A DNA stretch of 64,000 nt from Terriglobia bacterium (GTDB lineage Bacteria; Acidobacteriota; Terriglobia; 20CM-2-55-15), in assembly GCA_965198225.1 (NCBI GenBank), contig CBDAOY010000008.1, positions 576,001 to 640,000 of the forward strand. The letters run 5' to 3'. The first letter of the stretch is position 1. Every line of letters begins with the position of its first letter. A program made the position numbers and the translations under genes. Shown here one piece after another: positions 1-8,122 of this stretch. The notes beneath the pieces were generated by a model that was not told the origin of the DNA, made no database searches, and worked only from the letters and a program-made list of their open reading frames with translations.

Positions 1-975
1 GCATCGACGGTCTTTACGACCGAGTGGGCCTCTTCCTGGTTCTTCAACCCGAAGGACATCGGGCAGTCGCAGCAGCTGGACATCGATGCCGATGTGCGGG
101 TCGCATCCGTCGAAGGCGATTTCTTCGAACGCGCGGAGCGCGTCGCTAGCGCCGTCCGTCAGTCGGGTTGCGGCGCCGCCTTCTATCACGCAAGCCTGAC
201 CGAGCAGATTACCGCACGTGTCGCCGCGCTTCATCCCGCGCCTGTCCAGGTGAACGTCAACCACGGCGGGGAGATGGCAGCGGATCTGTTTGACGCATCG
301 GTCCACCTGTTCCAGAATGCGTTAGAGAGAACGCAGTTCCCGGATCGGCAGAACACATGGATCCCCCTGGCTTCCGACATCGAGGCGCGTCTCGAGACCG
401 CGCCTCCGGCCGACCGTCGCCAGCTGGGCCTGGCAGCGTCAGGAACGGTTTCGGCGACGTTCGGCAACCTGTACAAGATCTCCGGCGAGGATTACCTGCG
501 CACATTGACGGAGGTCCTCCGTCGTTTTCCTGCCCACATCCATCTCTTTGCCGGATCCGGAGACGTTCGACAGGCCAGAAGCTACTTGCATCGTGCCGGG
601 GTGCTCGGACAGGTGCGCTTCCTCGGACATCAGAGTGATGTCGCCCACCTGCTGCCATTGATCGATGTGTACATTGCGTCATTCCCTCACTCCGGAGGGC
701 ACTCTGTGCTGGAAGCGATGGGTTCCGGCAAGCCAGTCGTCGTCCTCGGATACCCCTCGGATTCACACTACAACTCGGGCGCTGAGCTCGTCGGCCTGGA
801 TGAACTGGTCGCCGCCGGGCATGAAGCCTTCGTTGAGATCGCGGATCGATTGATCCGGGACGCCGATTACCGGGACGCCGTCTCACAGGCCGTCCAGGAA
901 CGCTTTCGCAGGGAGTTCCGGCCCGAGCATCTCGGGCGGCGATATAAGGAGTTTCTCGACGAGTTAGTCGGCTGA
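1..975 (+). CDS. Glycosyltransferase, GT-B fold (GT4/GT41-like C-terminal domain), 5'-partial
   Basis: Frame is open from base 1. Motifs TFGNLYKI, DVYIASFPHSGGHSVLEAMGSGKPVV resemble OGT/SPINDLY-like GT C-termini. Confidence 0.8.
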   Translation, partial: ASTVFTTEWASSWFFNPKDIGQSQQLDIDADVRVASVEGDFFERAERVASAVRQSGCGAAFYHASLTEQITARVAALHPAPVQVNVNHGGEMAADLFDASVHLFQNALERTQFPDRQNTWIPLASDIEARLETAPPADRRQLGLAASGTVSATFGNLYKISGEDYLRTLTEVLRRFPAHIHLFAGSGDVRQARSYLHRAGVLGQVRFLGHQSDVAHLLPLIDVYIASFPHSGGHSVLEAMGSGKPVVVLGYPSDSHYNSGAELVGLDELVAAGHEAFVEIADRLIRDADYRDAVSQAVQERFRREFRPEHLGRRYKEFLDELVG

Positions 976-989
976 GCGGTAATGACCGA

Positions 990-1125
990 TGTGGGACAGA
1001 TGGATCTTTCGGACTATCGCAAATCGCGATATTTGAAAGAATCCGCATTGCAGGTTGTAAATTGGAAATTGTTTTATTTCAGATTTCCGGCCAATAAGAA
1101 ATCGAGCAATCTCCAATTCCCAATA
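990..1125. repeat. AT-rich dispersed intergenic element (TTGGA(A/G)ATT...AAT(T/C)TCCAA family)
   Basis: Its reverse complement matches CAACCTGCAATGTGGATTCTTTCAAATATCGCAATTTGCGAT in the 291-bp units near 59917 and 60208. It has internal inverted arms. Confidence 0.75.
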
Positions 1126-1126
1126 G

Positions 1127-2293
1127 TTAGCTCCCGCCCCTGTCATTCAGCAGATCGATGTACCAGCCGGTCATCTTCCTGGCGAATTCCGGCGTCACCT
1201 TGGGGCAAGAAATCGCAGTGTTGGAAAGGGCCCCCAGTGCGCGGGTGCAATCGAAGCGGGGTTCGCTCCTCAGGTACTGGTAGTAGAAAGCCATCTGGCG
1301 CTGGAAGAGGGCTTCGATCTTCGTCATCGGGGCATCTTCGAAGGCCGCTTCTTCCACGAGATGGATCCCCTCGACGCGAAGCTGGTCGCAGACGATGTCC
1401 ATCCAGACCTTGTTCTCGGTCGCTGTTGGGTTGGCAAGGTGGTAGATCGAGCCTGCACTCGAACTCTGACCGGCGATAGCTACCATGGCCTCTGTCACGT
1501 AATCGACAGGGACGAAATTGAGGGTCGAGGTTTCCGATCCGAGCACCCTGAGGGGCAATAGAACGATGTCGGTGCCTTTCTGTCGCCGCCTCAGGCGCTG
1601 GATCACCGTCCAGAGGCCACGGATGAATGCGTAGACACCGTGGAAATGTGTGGCGTATCCGGTTTCCGATTCGCCGATGACGATACTGGGCCGGTAGGTC
1701 GATGCCGAGATCCTGCCGCCGCGGTGCGCGGTATCGATCAGGACTTCCGACTGGCACTTCGAATCCTCGTACGGGTTCTTGAATTCCTGACCGACATCAA
1801 TTTCGTCTTCACGCACGGTGCCGGTCCGGTTGCCCGCGACATAAGCAGTGCTGACATGGTGCAGGCGTCCGCTGGCCGTTCCGGATGTCCACTCGATGAT
1901 GTTCCGCGTGCCTTCCAGGTTCATCTGGAAGATGCTTTTCCGGTCTTCTTCCAGGAACGACAGCGACGCCGCACAATGCCATACCTCATCCGTCGTGGCC
2001 GTCAGGCGTTCGTGGTCCGCCGGGGCGATACCGAGGCCGGGGGCGGAGATGTCGCCTTCGACGACCTTGAGGCGGTCCAAGCGGCCTTCCAGACCCTCGT
2101 CGGCCCGAGCAACCCGGCCGAGGGTTGCGGTGACACGCTCATGAGCCGTCTCGGTTCTCGAAGCACGGGCGAGCGTCGTGACGTGATGGCCGTTCTTGAT
2201 TAACGCTTCGCAGAGATGACTTCCGAGAAACCCGGTTGCCCCAGTCAAGAAAATGCTCCTAGGAGTCTGCGCGGTAGAACGATTTTGGGTCAT
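1127..2293 (-). CDS. Extended SDR, fatty acyl-CoA reductase / thioester-reductase (male-sterility, NAD_binding_4) type
   Basis: TGATGFLG, HCAAS, HVSTAYVAG, YEDSK (YxxxK), RPSIVIG, NFVPVDYV. ATG at 2293 chosen. Confidence 0.85.
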   Translation of the reverse strand: MTQNRSTAQTPRSIFLTGATGFLGSHLCEALIKNGHHVTTLARASRTETAHERVTATLGRVARADEGLEGRLDRLKVVEGDISAPGLGIAPADHERLTATTDEVWHCAASLSFLEEDRKSIFQMNLEGTRNIIEWTSGTASGRLHHVSTAYVAGNRTGTVREDEIDVGQEFKNPYEDSKCQSEVLIDTAHRGGRISASTYRPSIVIGESETGYATHFHGVYAFIRGLWTVIQRLRRRQKGTDIVLLPLRVLGSETSTLNFVPVDYVTEAMVAIAGQSSSAGSIYHLANPTATENKVWMDIVCDQLRVEGIHLVEEAAFEDAPMTKIEALFQRQMAFYYQYLRSEPRFDCTRALGALSNTAISCPKVTPEFARKMTGWYIDLLNDRGGS

Positions 2294-2374
2294 TGTGACC
2301 ACAGCATAGTGTGTGTGCGCAGCACTTAGCATCGACATGTAGTACCGGGTTTCTTCTGCCGCGCAGACTCCTAG
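2259..2374. repeat. 21-bp inverted repeat (1 mismatch) enclosing the start codon and a -10-like box of the reductase
   Basis: CTAGGAGTCTGCGCGGTAGAA (2259-2279) vs TTCTGCCGCGCAGACTCCTAG (2354-2374), with a 74-bp spacer. Confidence 0.9.
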
Positions 2375-2457
2375 CCCCCATTTCTCTCCGGAGGTTCGCC
2401 GGTACCGGCCTCGATTTCCCCGACAACAGGGCGTGGCGTCGGTGAGAAGTGTGGGTG

Positions 2458-2482
2458 CCCGAACTTTCGTGAGAAGTTCGAG
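2458..2482 (-). terminator. Hairpin directly after the UgtP-like stop codon
   Basis: CTCGAACTT-CTCACGA-AAGTTCGGG on the minus strand. No U-tract. Confidence 0.35.
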
Positions 2483-3589
2483 CTAACTTGGCGTTCCGGC
2501 ATGAAACGGCTGGATCCTTTCGATTATGTCGCCGGATGAGGCGGGCTGGTAGAAGCGGATGATCGCTCCACGTTTCTTCCGCCATTCGTCCGCCCCCATC
2601 GCAAGGACGTTTCGCAACTCTTCCAGGGTTCGCACCGCAAACCCGAACCCCTGACGGGAGGCAGCTTCGAAGAGGCCGGACTCCTGGGGCATCAGTCCGC
2701 CGATCCCCGTCAGCACGGCGGGAACGAGGGAGGCCAGACTCTCGTAAGTGGATAGTGCTCCCGGTTTTGTGATCACGAGGTCGGATGCGCCCACGAGTCG
2801 ATGGATTTCGTACACGTATCCGTAGGTGCGGATTCTCTCGTCCTCCAACCGGGCCAGGCGGCGGCGGAGTCGGGCGTTACGCCCGCACACGACCAGCACG
2901 GTCGCCCCCGGCGCCGCCTCGCGCACGGCGCGGACGAGGCGGAACAGTGGGCCGCCGCCCCGTGCGCCTCCGTTCACGAGCACCGTTTCACCCTCCTGCA
3001 AGCCCAGGGCCTCGCGCAACTGGGCCACCTCGTCGGCTGAGTGCGGCCGAAACCCGTCGCGCAGCGGCATGCCGACCCGTCTTATCTTGCGGCGGTCGAT
3101 CCCGTTTGCGGCGAGTGCAGCGGCCGCTTCCGCGGTCGTGACGAAGTAGCCCTGCACGTATGGCGAGGCCCATCCTCTCCAGAAGGGAGGGAAGGGGTCC
3201 GTGATGAACGTGTAGCAAGGAATCCGAAAGCCCTGTTCCTGTATCCACCGTTGGATCATGTGGTTAAGCATCGGGTGGACCGACAGGATGACGTCCGGGT
3301 GCTCCGCCTCGATAAAGCGCCGGATATAGCGCCGGACCAGCCGGTAGAAGATGTTGCCTTCGTATGGTTTCAGGACATCGATCACGCGGAAAAAAAAGCC
3401 CATCCAGGCCGGTCGGTGAGTGAGAAGAAGGTTATAAAGACTTGCCAATGAACGATTTACAATAGCGGATTCTTCCAGCGGTTTTCTCAGTGAGACCTCG
3501 ATCCCGGCTTTGGTGCCTGCGGCGGCCAGGGCGCGAGCAGCGGAGTTGTGTCCTTCACCTGTGTCGGAGGAGAGTATCAGTAGTCGCAT
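2483..3589 (-). CDS. Diacylglycerol glycosyltransferase (UgtP/MGDG synthase, GT28)
   Basis: MRLLILSSDTGEGHNSAA, ILSVHP, ITD, VCGRN, DLVITKPGALS, QE motifs. ATG 3589 is preceded by TGcTATCGT. Confidence 0.85.
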   Translation of the reverse strand: MRLLILSSDTGEGHNSAARALAAAGTKAGIEVSLRKPLEESAIVNRSLASLYNLLLTHRPAWMGFFFRVIDVLKPYEGNIFYRLVRRYIRRFIEAEHPDVILSVHPMLNHMIQRWIQEQGFRIPCYTFITDPFPPFWRGWASPYVQGYFVTTAEAAAALAANGIDRRKIRRVGMPLRDGFRPHSADEVAQLREALGLQEGETVLVNGGARGGGPLFRLVRAVREAAPGATVLVVCGRNARLRRRLARLEDERIRTYGYVYEIHRLVGASDLVITKPGALSTYESLASLVPAVLTGIGGLMPQESGLFEAASRQGFGFAVRTLEELRNVLAMGADEWRKKRGAIIRFYQPASSGDIIERIQPFHAGTPS

Positions 3590-3774
3590 CCCCCCGGCAC
3601 GATAGCATATTTTCTCTACACCACCCGCGCGTAACAGCCGATGAGATAAGGGAAAGCGGACTGTGAGGGGAACGGCGGAGAGTGGATAGCTGACGGGAAA
3701 TTTCGATCCGGCCAGGCAAGCCAGGTTTCCCGACTTCGCACGGTTCGCGAGTCTGTCCCGGTCAGGAGACACCA

Positions 3775-4335
3775 ATGGACGCAGGGGATCGCAGGGTGGC
3801 GCTAGTCTGGATCTACCTCGGACGCAACCCTTCGGAAAGACTGGAAACGGTAGGTTCCATCGATGGTGGAAGGATGGAACTCGTCGCGGTCGGAAACGTC
3901 GAGGTGCAGAAGGCTGCCGAGCTGTTCACCTTCTCGCGCCCGGAAGTCTCGGTGCGAACCGTGGATTCCGTTTCGATGGATGCGATCTGGCAGGCTGTCC
4001 CGACCGATGTCGGCGCGGTCGTTTTCTGGATGGACGACGAGAAGCTGGTTCACCGGGAGTTTCCCGTCGAGATGGCGGCGCCGATCTTTGCCGACAACGG
4101 GGCGGCTGAACAGCAGCTCCACTACTGGGACGGCAACGCGATGGCAATCTCACGTTCGGCGGGCGAGGCGCTTTCTATACAGGATCTCACCCTACGTGGT
4201 GACACTCTTCTGACCCTGATGTCGGACGTCGTCAATCGCGGCACGCGCCTGCAGAGCGATCGGATGAGGATCGTCTTTTCGCCGATGGAGCGGTTTGCGG
4301 CCATTGCGAACGAACCTGTCGGGGCAGTGTCGTAA
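3775..4335 (+). CDS. Hypothetical protein, possibly degenerate GT-A fold
   Basis: 186-aa ORF with a GGAG SD. VVFWMDDE resembles a DxD-region motif. Confidence 0.6.
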   Translation: MDAGDRRVALVWIYLGRNPSERLETVGSIDGGRMELVAVGNVEVQKAAELFTFSRPEVSVRTVDSVSMDAIWQAVPTDVGAVVFWMDDEKLVHREFPVEMAAPIFADNGAAEQQLHYWDGNAMAISRSAGEALSIQDLTLRGDTLLTLMSDVVNRGTRLQSDRMRIVFSPMERFAAIANEPVGAVS

Positions 4336-4367
4336 GAATCGTAGGCCGTAGGCCGTTGCCCGTTGAA

Positions 4368-4424
4368 GAACCACCCCGTCTGCACCTTCGGTGCAGCCAC
4401 CCCTCCTTGGTCAAGGAGGGGAGT
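4368..4424 (+). repeat. Double-hairpin repeat (CCACCCCTCC...GGAGGGGAG family), copy 1
   Basis: CTGCACC-TTC-GGTGCAG followed by CCCCTCCTT-GGTC-AAGGAGGGG. Similar copy at 9316-9372. Confidence 0.7.
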
Positions 4425-4441
4425 CGTTTCCACACACAGTC

Positions 4442-5449
4442 TTACTGATTTTCCGATAACGCCCGGTACGTTCCCCCGATACATCCTTGTTTCAGGAAAC
4501 TGTAGAACGGAAGTTCTGCAAACTCGCCCAGGTCCCGGTCGATCGAGGCCATGGTTTGTTCCAACGAGTTCCCCCGTTCGACGTGCTTCAATACCTCGTC
4601 GTGGATTGCCTTCACGTTGTCATAGTAGCGCTCCGCGCCCTGACGGAGACCGGCAGCATCGTAGCCGTCGATATATCCGTGTCCCGGGATGAACCACTCC
4701 GCATCGAGTTCCAGCGCCTGCCGCAGAGTGTCCAGATGCTGGGCGGCATATCCTTCGCCGAGTGACGCCGCGATGCCGTTGAAGTAGAGCTCGGTCAGGA
4801 ATGCCACGCCGTCATCCGGCAGGTACACGACCGTATCGCCCCGGGTATGGCCGAAACCGAAGTGGTGGAGTTCGATCCTTTTTCCGCCGACGTGGAGGAC
4901 CATTTCGTCGTCGAACGTGATATCGGGCAACGTCGGTCGCGGGGCGTCGCCAGTGGCTCTCTCGAGAGCGGTCGCTACCGCCTCCCGCGCGTTGCGGTGT
5001 GCGATTATGAGGGCGTCGCCGAACACCTCGTTGCTGTTGACGTGGTCCCCGTGGGGAGAAGCGTTAATCAGGTGGCTGATGGGCTTGTCGGTCACCTCGC
5101 GGATCGCCTCGATCATGCGACGTCCCTCTTCCGGGTTGTCCTGGCCGTCGGCAACGACCACCCCGTCGTCGGTCACGATCACGAGTGAATTCGTACGGAC
5201 GATCTCCTCTTCATTGGGAAGCTCCAGTGGACCCTCATAGGCGTAAACGCCTTCTACGATCGGGATGAGCTTCGGCGTGAAGTCCACCCCGAGCCGTCCC
5301 TGACCGAGGACGACGCTCGGAGCCAATACGAACACGAGACATAACGTCGTCAGTTGCGTGTAGGCGCGCTCTACGAGCGCACGTTGTCTCGGTGCGAGGA
5401 ATGTGCGGTCATAGACCGCACCTACATCTCGTTCTCTGGAACGATTCAT
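4442..5449 (-). CDS. Exported metallo-beta-lactamase-fold hydrolase
   Basis: SPHGDH, GHTRGD, IPGHG motifs. AAGGAG SD 7 nt before ATG 5449. Hydrophobic signal-like segment. Confidence 0.85.
   Translation of the reverse strand: MNRSRERDVGAVYDRTFLAPRQRALVERAYTQLTTLCLVFVLAPSVVLGQGRLGVDFTPKLIPIVEGVYAYEGPLELPNEEEIVRTNSLVIVTDDGVVVADGQDNPEEGRRMIEAIREVTDKPISHLINASPHGDHVNSNEVFGDALIIAHRNAREAVATALERATGDAPRPTLPDITFDDEMVLHVGGKRIELHHFGFGHTRGDTVVYLPDDGVAFLTELYFNGIAASLGEGYAAQHLDTLRQALELDAEWFIPGHGYIDGYDAAGLRQGAERYYDNVKAIHDEVLKHVERGNSLEQTMASIDRDLGEFAELPFYSFLKQGCIGGTYRALSENQ
5360..5425 (+). repeat. 66-bp GTAG-type REP doublet (REPIN-like), in frame inside the MBL gene
   Basis: GTAGGCGCGCTCTACGAGCGCAC...GTGCGGTCATAGACCGCACCTAC. 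Same element at 36572, 59791, 60082, 60373 and 63138. Confidence 0.9.
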
Positions 5450-5472
5450 CGAATGACTCCTTTCATGGAAGA

Positions 5473-5546
5473 AGTGACAAGTGACGAGTGACAAGTGACA
5501 AGTCCGAAGAGCCCAACTGACTACCGACTACTGATTACTGACTACT
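5473..5546. repeat. Heptamer tandem arrays (AGTGACA)n and (CTACTGA)n
   Basis: Two adjacent 7-bp periodic arrays read directly. Confidence 0.85.
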
Positions 5547-5550
5547 TCCC

Positions 5551-6783
5551 TTATATATTCAGCTCACTGGTGATTTCCATCGTCCATGTCACCGCTTTCA
5601 GGTACGCCGACCGGATGGTCGCCGGGTCGAGTCTCAGCTGTGTGGTCAGCTCGGCGAGCCGATCCCACTCGCTCCGCTCGTATGCGAGGGTGAAGTCCAG
5701 GATCTTTCCAAGAAGGCCCTCGTGGTTGAGGAGCGCGGCCGTGGTCTCCTCCGACAGCGGCAGTTTCTCCAACACGTCTGCCATCAGGCAGTCCAGCATG
5801 GCGTCCAGCACCGAGAACAGACCGACGGTGAAGAACTGTTCGGCATTGCGGACGTGTTGTGCCTCGGCCAGTTGCTCGCACATTTTGGCCCGGATAATCG
5901 CCGTCACCATCAACTCCCTGGGTTTGTCGTCCATCGAGGCAAGCATCAGCAGGCTGGCCCAGGTCCGGATTCGTGCCGTCCCGATCAACATCGCGGCATG
6001 ACCGATGGAATCGACCTCGCGGGGAAGGGCGCAGTAAGCCGAATTGACGAACAAAAGCAGCTTGTAGCTGAGCGCGGCATCCTGCTTGATGGTTTCTTCG
6101 AGTTCCTCGCCCTTGATGTTCGGGTCCTGCAGTTTCGCCACGAGACGCGTCGCGGCCAGCCGGTTCATCGGGATCTGCCTGCCCTGGATCAACTTGGGCT
6201 TACAGAAGAAGAACCCCTGGAAATACTCGAAACCGAGTCCCTCGCAGAATTCGAATTCTTCCAGTGTTTCGACTTTTTCCGCGACCAGCCTAACTTTGAA
6301 GTCCTTGAGCGCAGATACATGCCGCTCCAGCGCGTTTCTGTCGACACCCAGGATATCGACCTTGATGATATTGGCCAGCTCAACCAGAGGGCGCAGGCTC
6401 TCTTCGTAGACAAAGTCGTCCAGTGCAATAACGTAACCTTGCCGGGACAGCTGCTGGAGAGACTGGATGATTGCCGAATCCGCGGTGACGTCTTTCAGTA
6501 CTTCCAGTACCACGCGATCCTTTGGCAGCGAAGCGCAGTGGCCGTCGAGGATGAAATTGCGTGTGAGATTGATGAAGGCGAGGTCGGGCCCGACGATCCG
6601 CTCGAGGCCGATTTCGATGAAATTCAGGATGACCTGAGCCGTCGCCCGATCGCCATCGACGATGACTGCCCTATCCGCCGCGCCGCTGTCCCGAAACAAC
6701 AGCTCATAACCGTAGACATCCATCTTGCTGCGGTAGATGGGCTGGCGGCTGACGTAGGCTTCGGTGACACTCTCTGTCGACAT
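5551..6783 (-). CDS. EAL + HDOD domain protein (YuxH/PdeH-like c-di-GMP signalling protein)
   Basis: RQPI, YELLFR, FINL, ALDDF, IKVD, AEKVET, QGFFF, then HDOD (LSYKLLLFVNSA, RAKMCE, GLFSVLDA). Confidence 0.9.
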   Translation of the reverse strand: MSTESVTEAYVSRQPIYRSKMDVYGYELLFRDSGAADRAVIVDGDRATAQVILNFIEIGLERIVGPDLAFINLTRNFILDGHCASLPKDRVVLEVLKDVTADSAIIQSLQQLSRQGYVIALDDFVYEESLRPLVELANIIKVDILGVDRNALERHVSALKDFKVRLVAEKVETLEEFEFCEGLGFEYFQGFFFCKPKLIQGRQIPMNRLAATRLVAKLQDPNIKGEELEETIKQDAALSYKLLLFVNSAYCALPREVDSIGHAAMLIGTARIRTWASLLMLASMDDKPRELMVTAIIRAKMCEQLAEAQHVRNAEQFFTVGLFSVLDAMLDCLMADVLEKLPLSEETTAALLNHEGLLGKILDFTLAYERSEWDRLAELTTQLRLDPATIRSAYLKAVTWTMEITSELNI

Positions 6784-6823
6784 GCTGAATCGCTACAAGG
6801 GAGGGATCATCGTAGCACGAACG

Positions 6824-6912
6824 AGTAGTCAGTAGTCAGTAGCCAGTTGTCAGTGCAGAGCAACGTGGTCTCCTCCCGGCAACTGACTACCGACTACTGA
6901 CAACTGATTACT
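6824..6912. repeat. Inverted heptamer arrays (AGTAGTC)n ... (CTACTGA)n
   Basis: Arms at 6824-6854 and 6880-6912 can pair. 6880-6900 is identical to 5514-5534. Confidence 0.85.
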
Positions 6913-6943
6913 CGTCCTGTTGTACTATCAACGTTTCAGACAC

Positions 6944-8122
6944 ATGAACCCCATCTACAAGAGCGAGATCAATCGGGACGTGCCTCCGGCCGGGGACGGC
7001 GAGTTCGCGCCGCTCGGCCTCGGCCCGATGTCGATCTGGCCCCCTGTCGTACTGGCTCCGATGGCCGGTGTGACGAACTATCCGTTTCGGGCAATCTGCC
7101 GTAGCTTCGGTGCCGGCCTCTATGTCAGCGAGATGATCGGCGCCCGGCCGCTCGCCGATCGACGGGAGAAAACGTTGAAGCTGGCGGATTTCGGGCCGGG
7201 GGAAACACCTCGCAGTCTCCAGCTCTATGGCGCCGATCCGCGCTACGTCTCCGAGGCCGTCAAGAGGCTGGTCGGGGAGGGCCGCATTGATCACCTTGAC
7301 ATGAACTTCGGGTGTCCGGTGCGCAAGGTCACGCGGAAAGGAGGTGGGGCAGCCATCCCGTTGAAGCCCAGGCTGTTTCGCGACATCGTCCGGGCGGCGG
7401 TCGCGTCCGCCGGCGACGTTCCGGTTACGATCAAATTTCGGCTGGGGATCGACGAGAGGCACCTCACCTACATGGACTCGGGTCGCCTCGCCGAGGACGA
7501 AGGCTGCGCCGGTGTCGGACTGCATGCTCGCACCGCGGCCGACCTGTACAACGGGGAAGCTCGCTGGGAAGCAATTGCTGATCTGAAGGCATCGGTCACG
7601 ATACCCGTACTGGGAAACGGCGATATCTGGGAGGGTGGAGACGCGTTGCGCCTGATGCGGCAGACCGGATGCGACGGGGTCATCGTCGGTCGGGGGTGTC
7701 TCGGCCGGCCCTGGTTGTTCCGGGATCTGGCCGATGTCTTCCGGGGAGCCGAACCATCCGATCCTCCGGCGTTCGCCGAAGTCCTCGATGTCATGTTTCG
7801 TCACGCCAGACACCTGCTCGATTGGTTCGGTCCACCCACCGGGATCAGGGCTTTCCGCCGCCATGTCTCCTGGTACACGAAGGGCTTCCGGCTGCCTTCA
7901 GAAGTCCGGGCGGAGATGATGAGAGCGGGGAGCCTCGAAGAACTTGAAGCCTTGTTCGGGACTGTCGATTGGGACCAGCCATTCCCTCCGACCGCGATGC
8001 GTGTCAAGCGTGGAAAGCATGGCGGTACGCAGAAGGTCGTCCTGCCTGAAGGGTACCTGGACGATCCGGAGGACGCGGGCCCCCCCGGCGTCGAAGCGGA
8101 AGGTGTGGTCTCGGGTGGGTAA
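6944..8122 (+). CDS. dusB: tRNA-dihydrouridine synthase (DusB-like)
   Basis: LAPMAGVT, QLYG, DMNFGCPVRKV, HART, GNGDI, GRGCLGRPW. Confidence 0.9.
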   Translation: MNPIYKSEINRDVPPAGDGEFAPLGLGPMSIWPPVVLAPMAGVTNYPFRAICRSFGAGLYVSEMIGARPLADRREKTLKLADFGPGETPRSLQLYGADPRYVSEAVKRLVGEGRIDHLDMNFGCPVRKVTRKGGGAAIPLKPRLFRDIVRAAVASAGDVPVTIKFRLGIDERHLTYMDSGRLAEDEGCAGVGLHARTAADLYNGEARWEAIADLKASVTIPVLGNGDIWEGGDALRLMRQTGCDGVIVGRGCLGRPWLFRDLADVFRGAEPSDPPAFAEVLDVMFRHARHLLDWFGPPTGIRAFRRHVSWYTKGFRLPSEVRAEMMRAGSLEELEALFGTVDWDQPFPPTAMRVKRGKHGGTQKVVLPEGYLDDPEDAGPPGVEAEGVVSGG

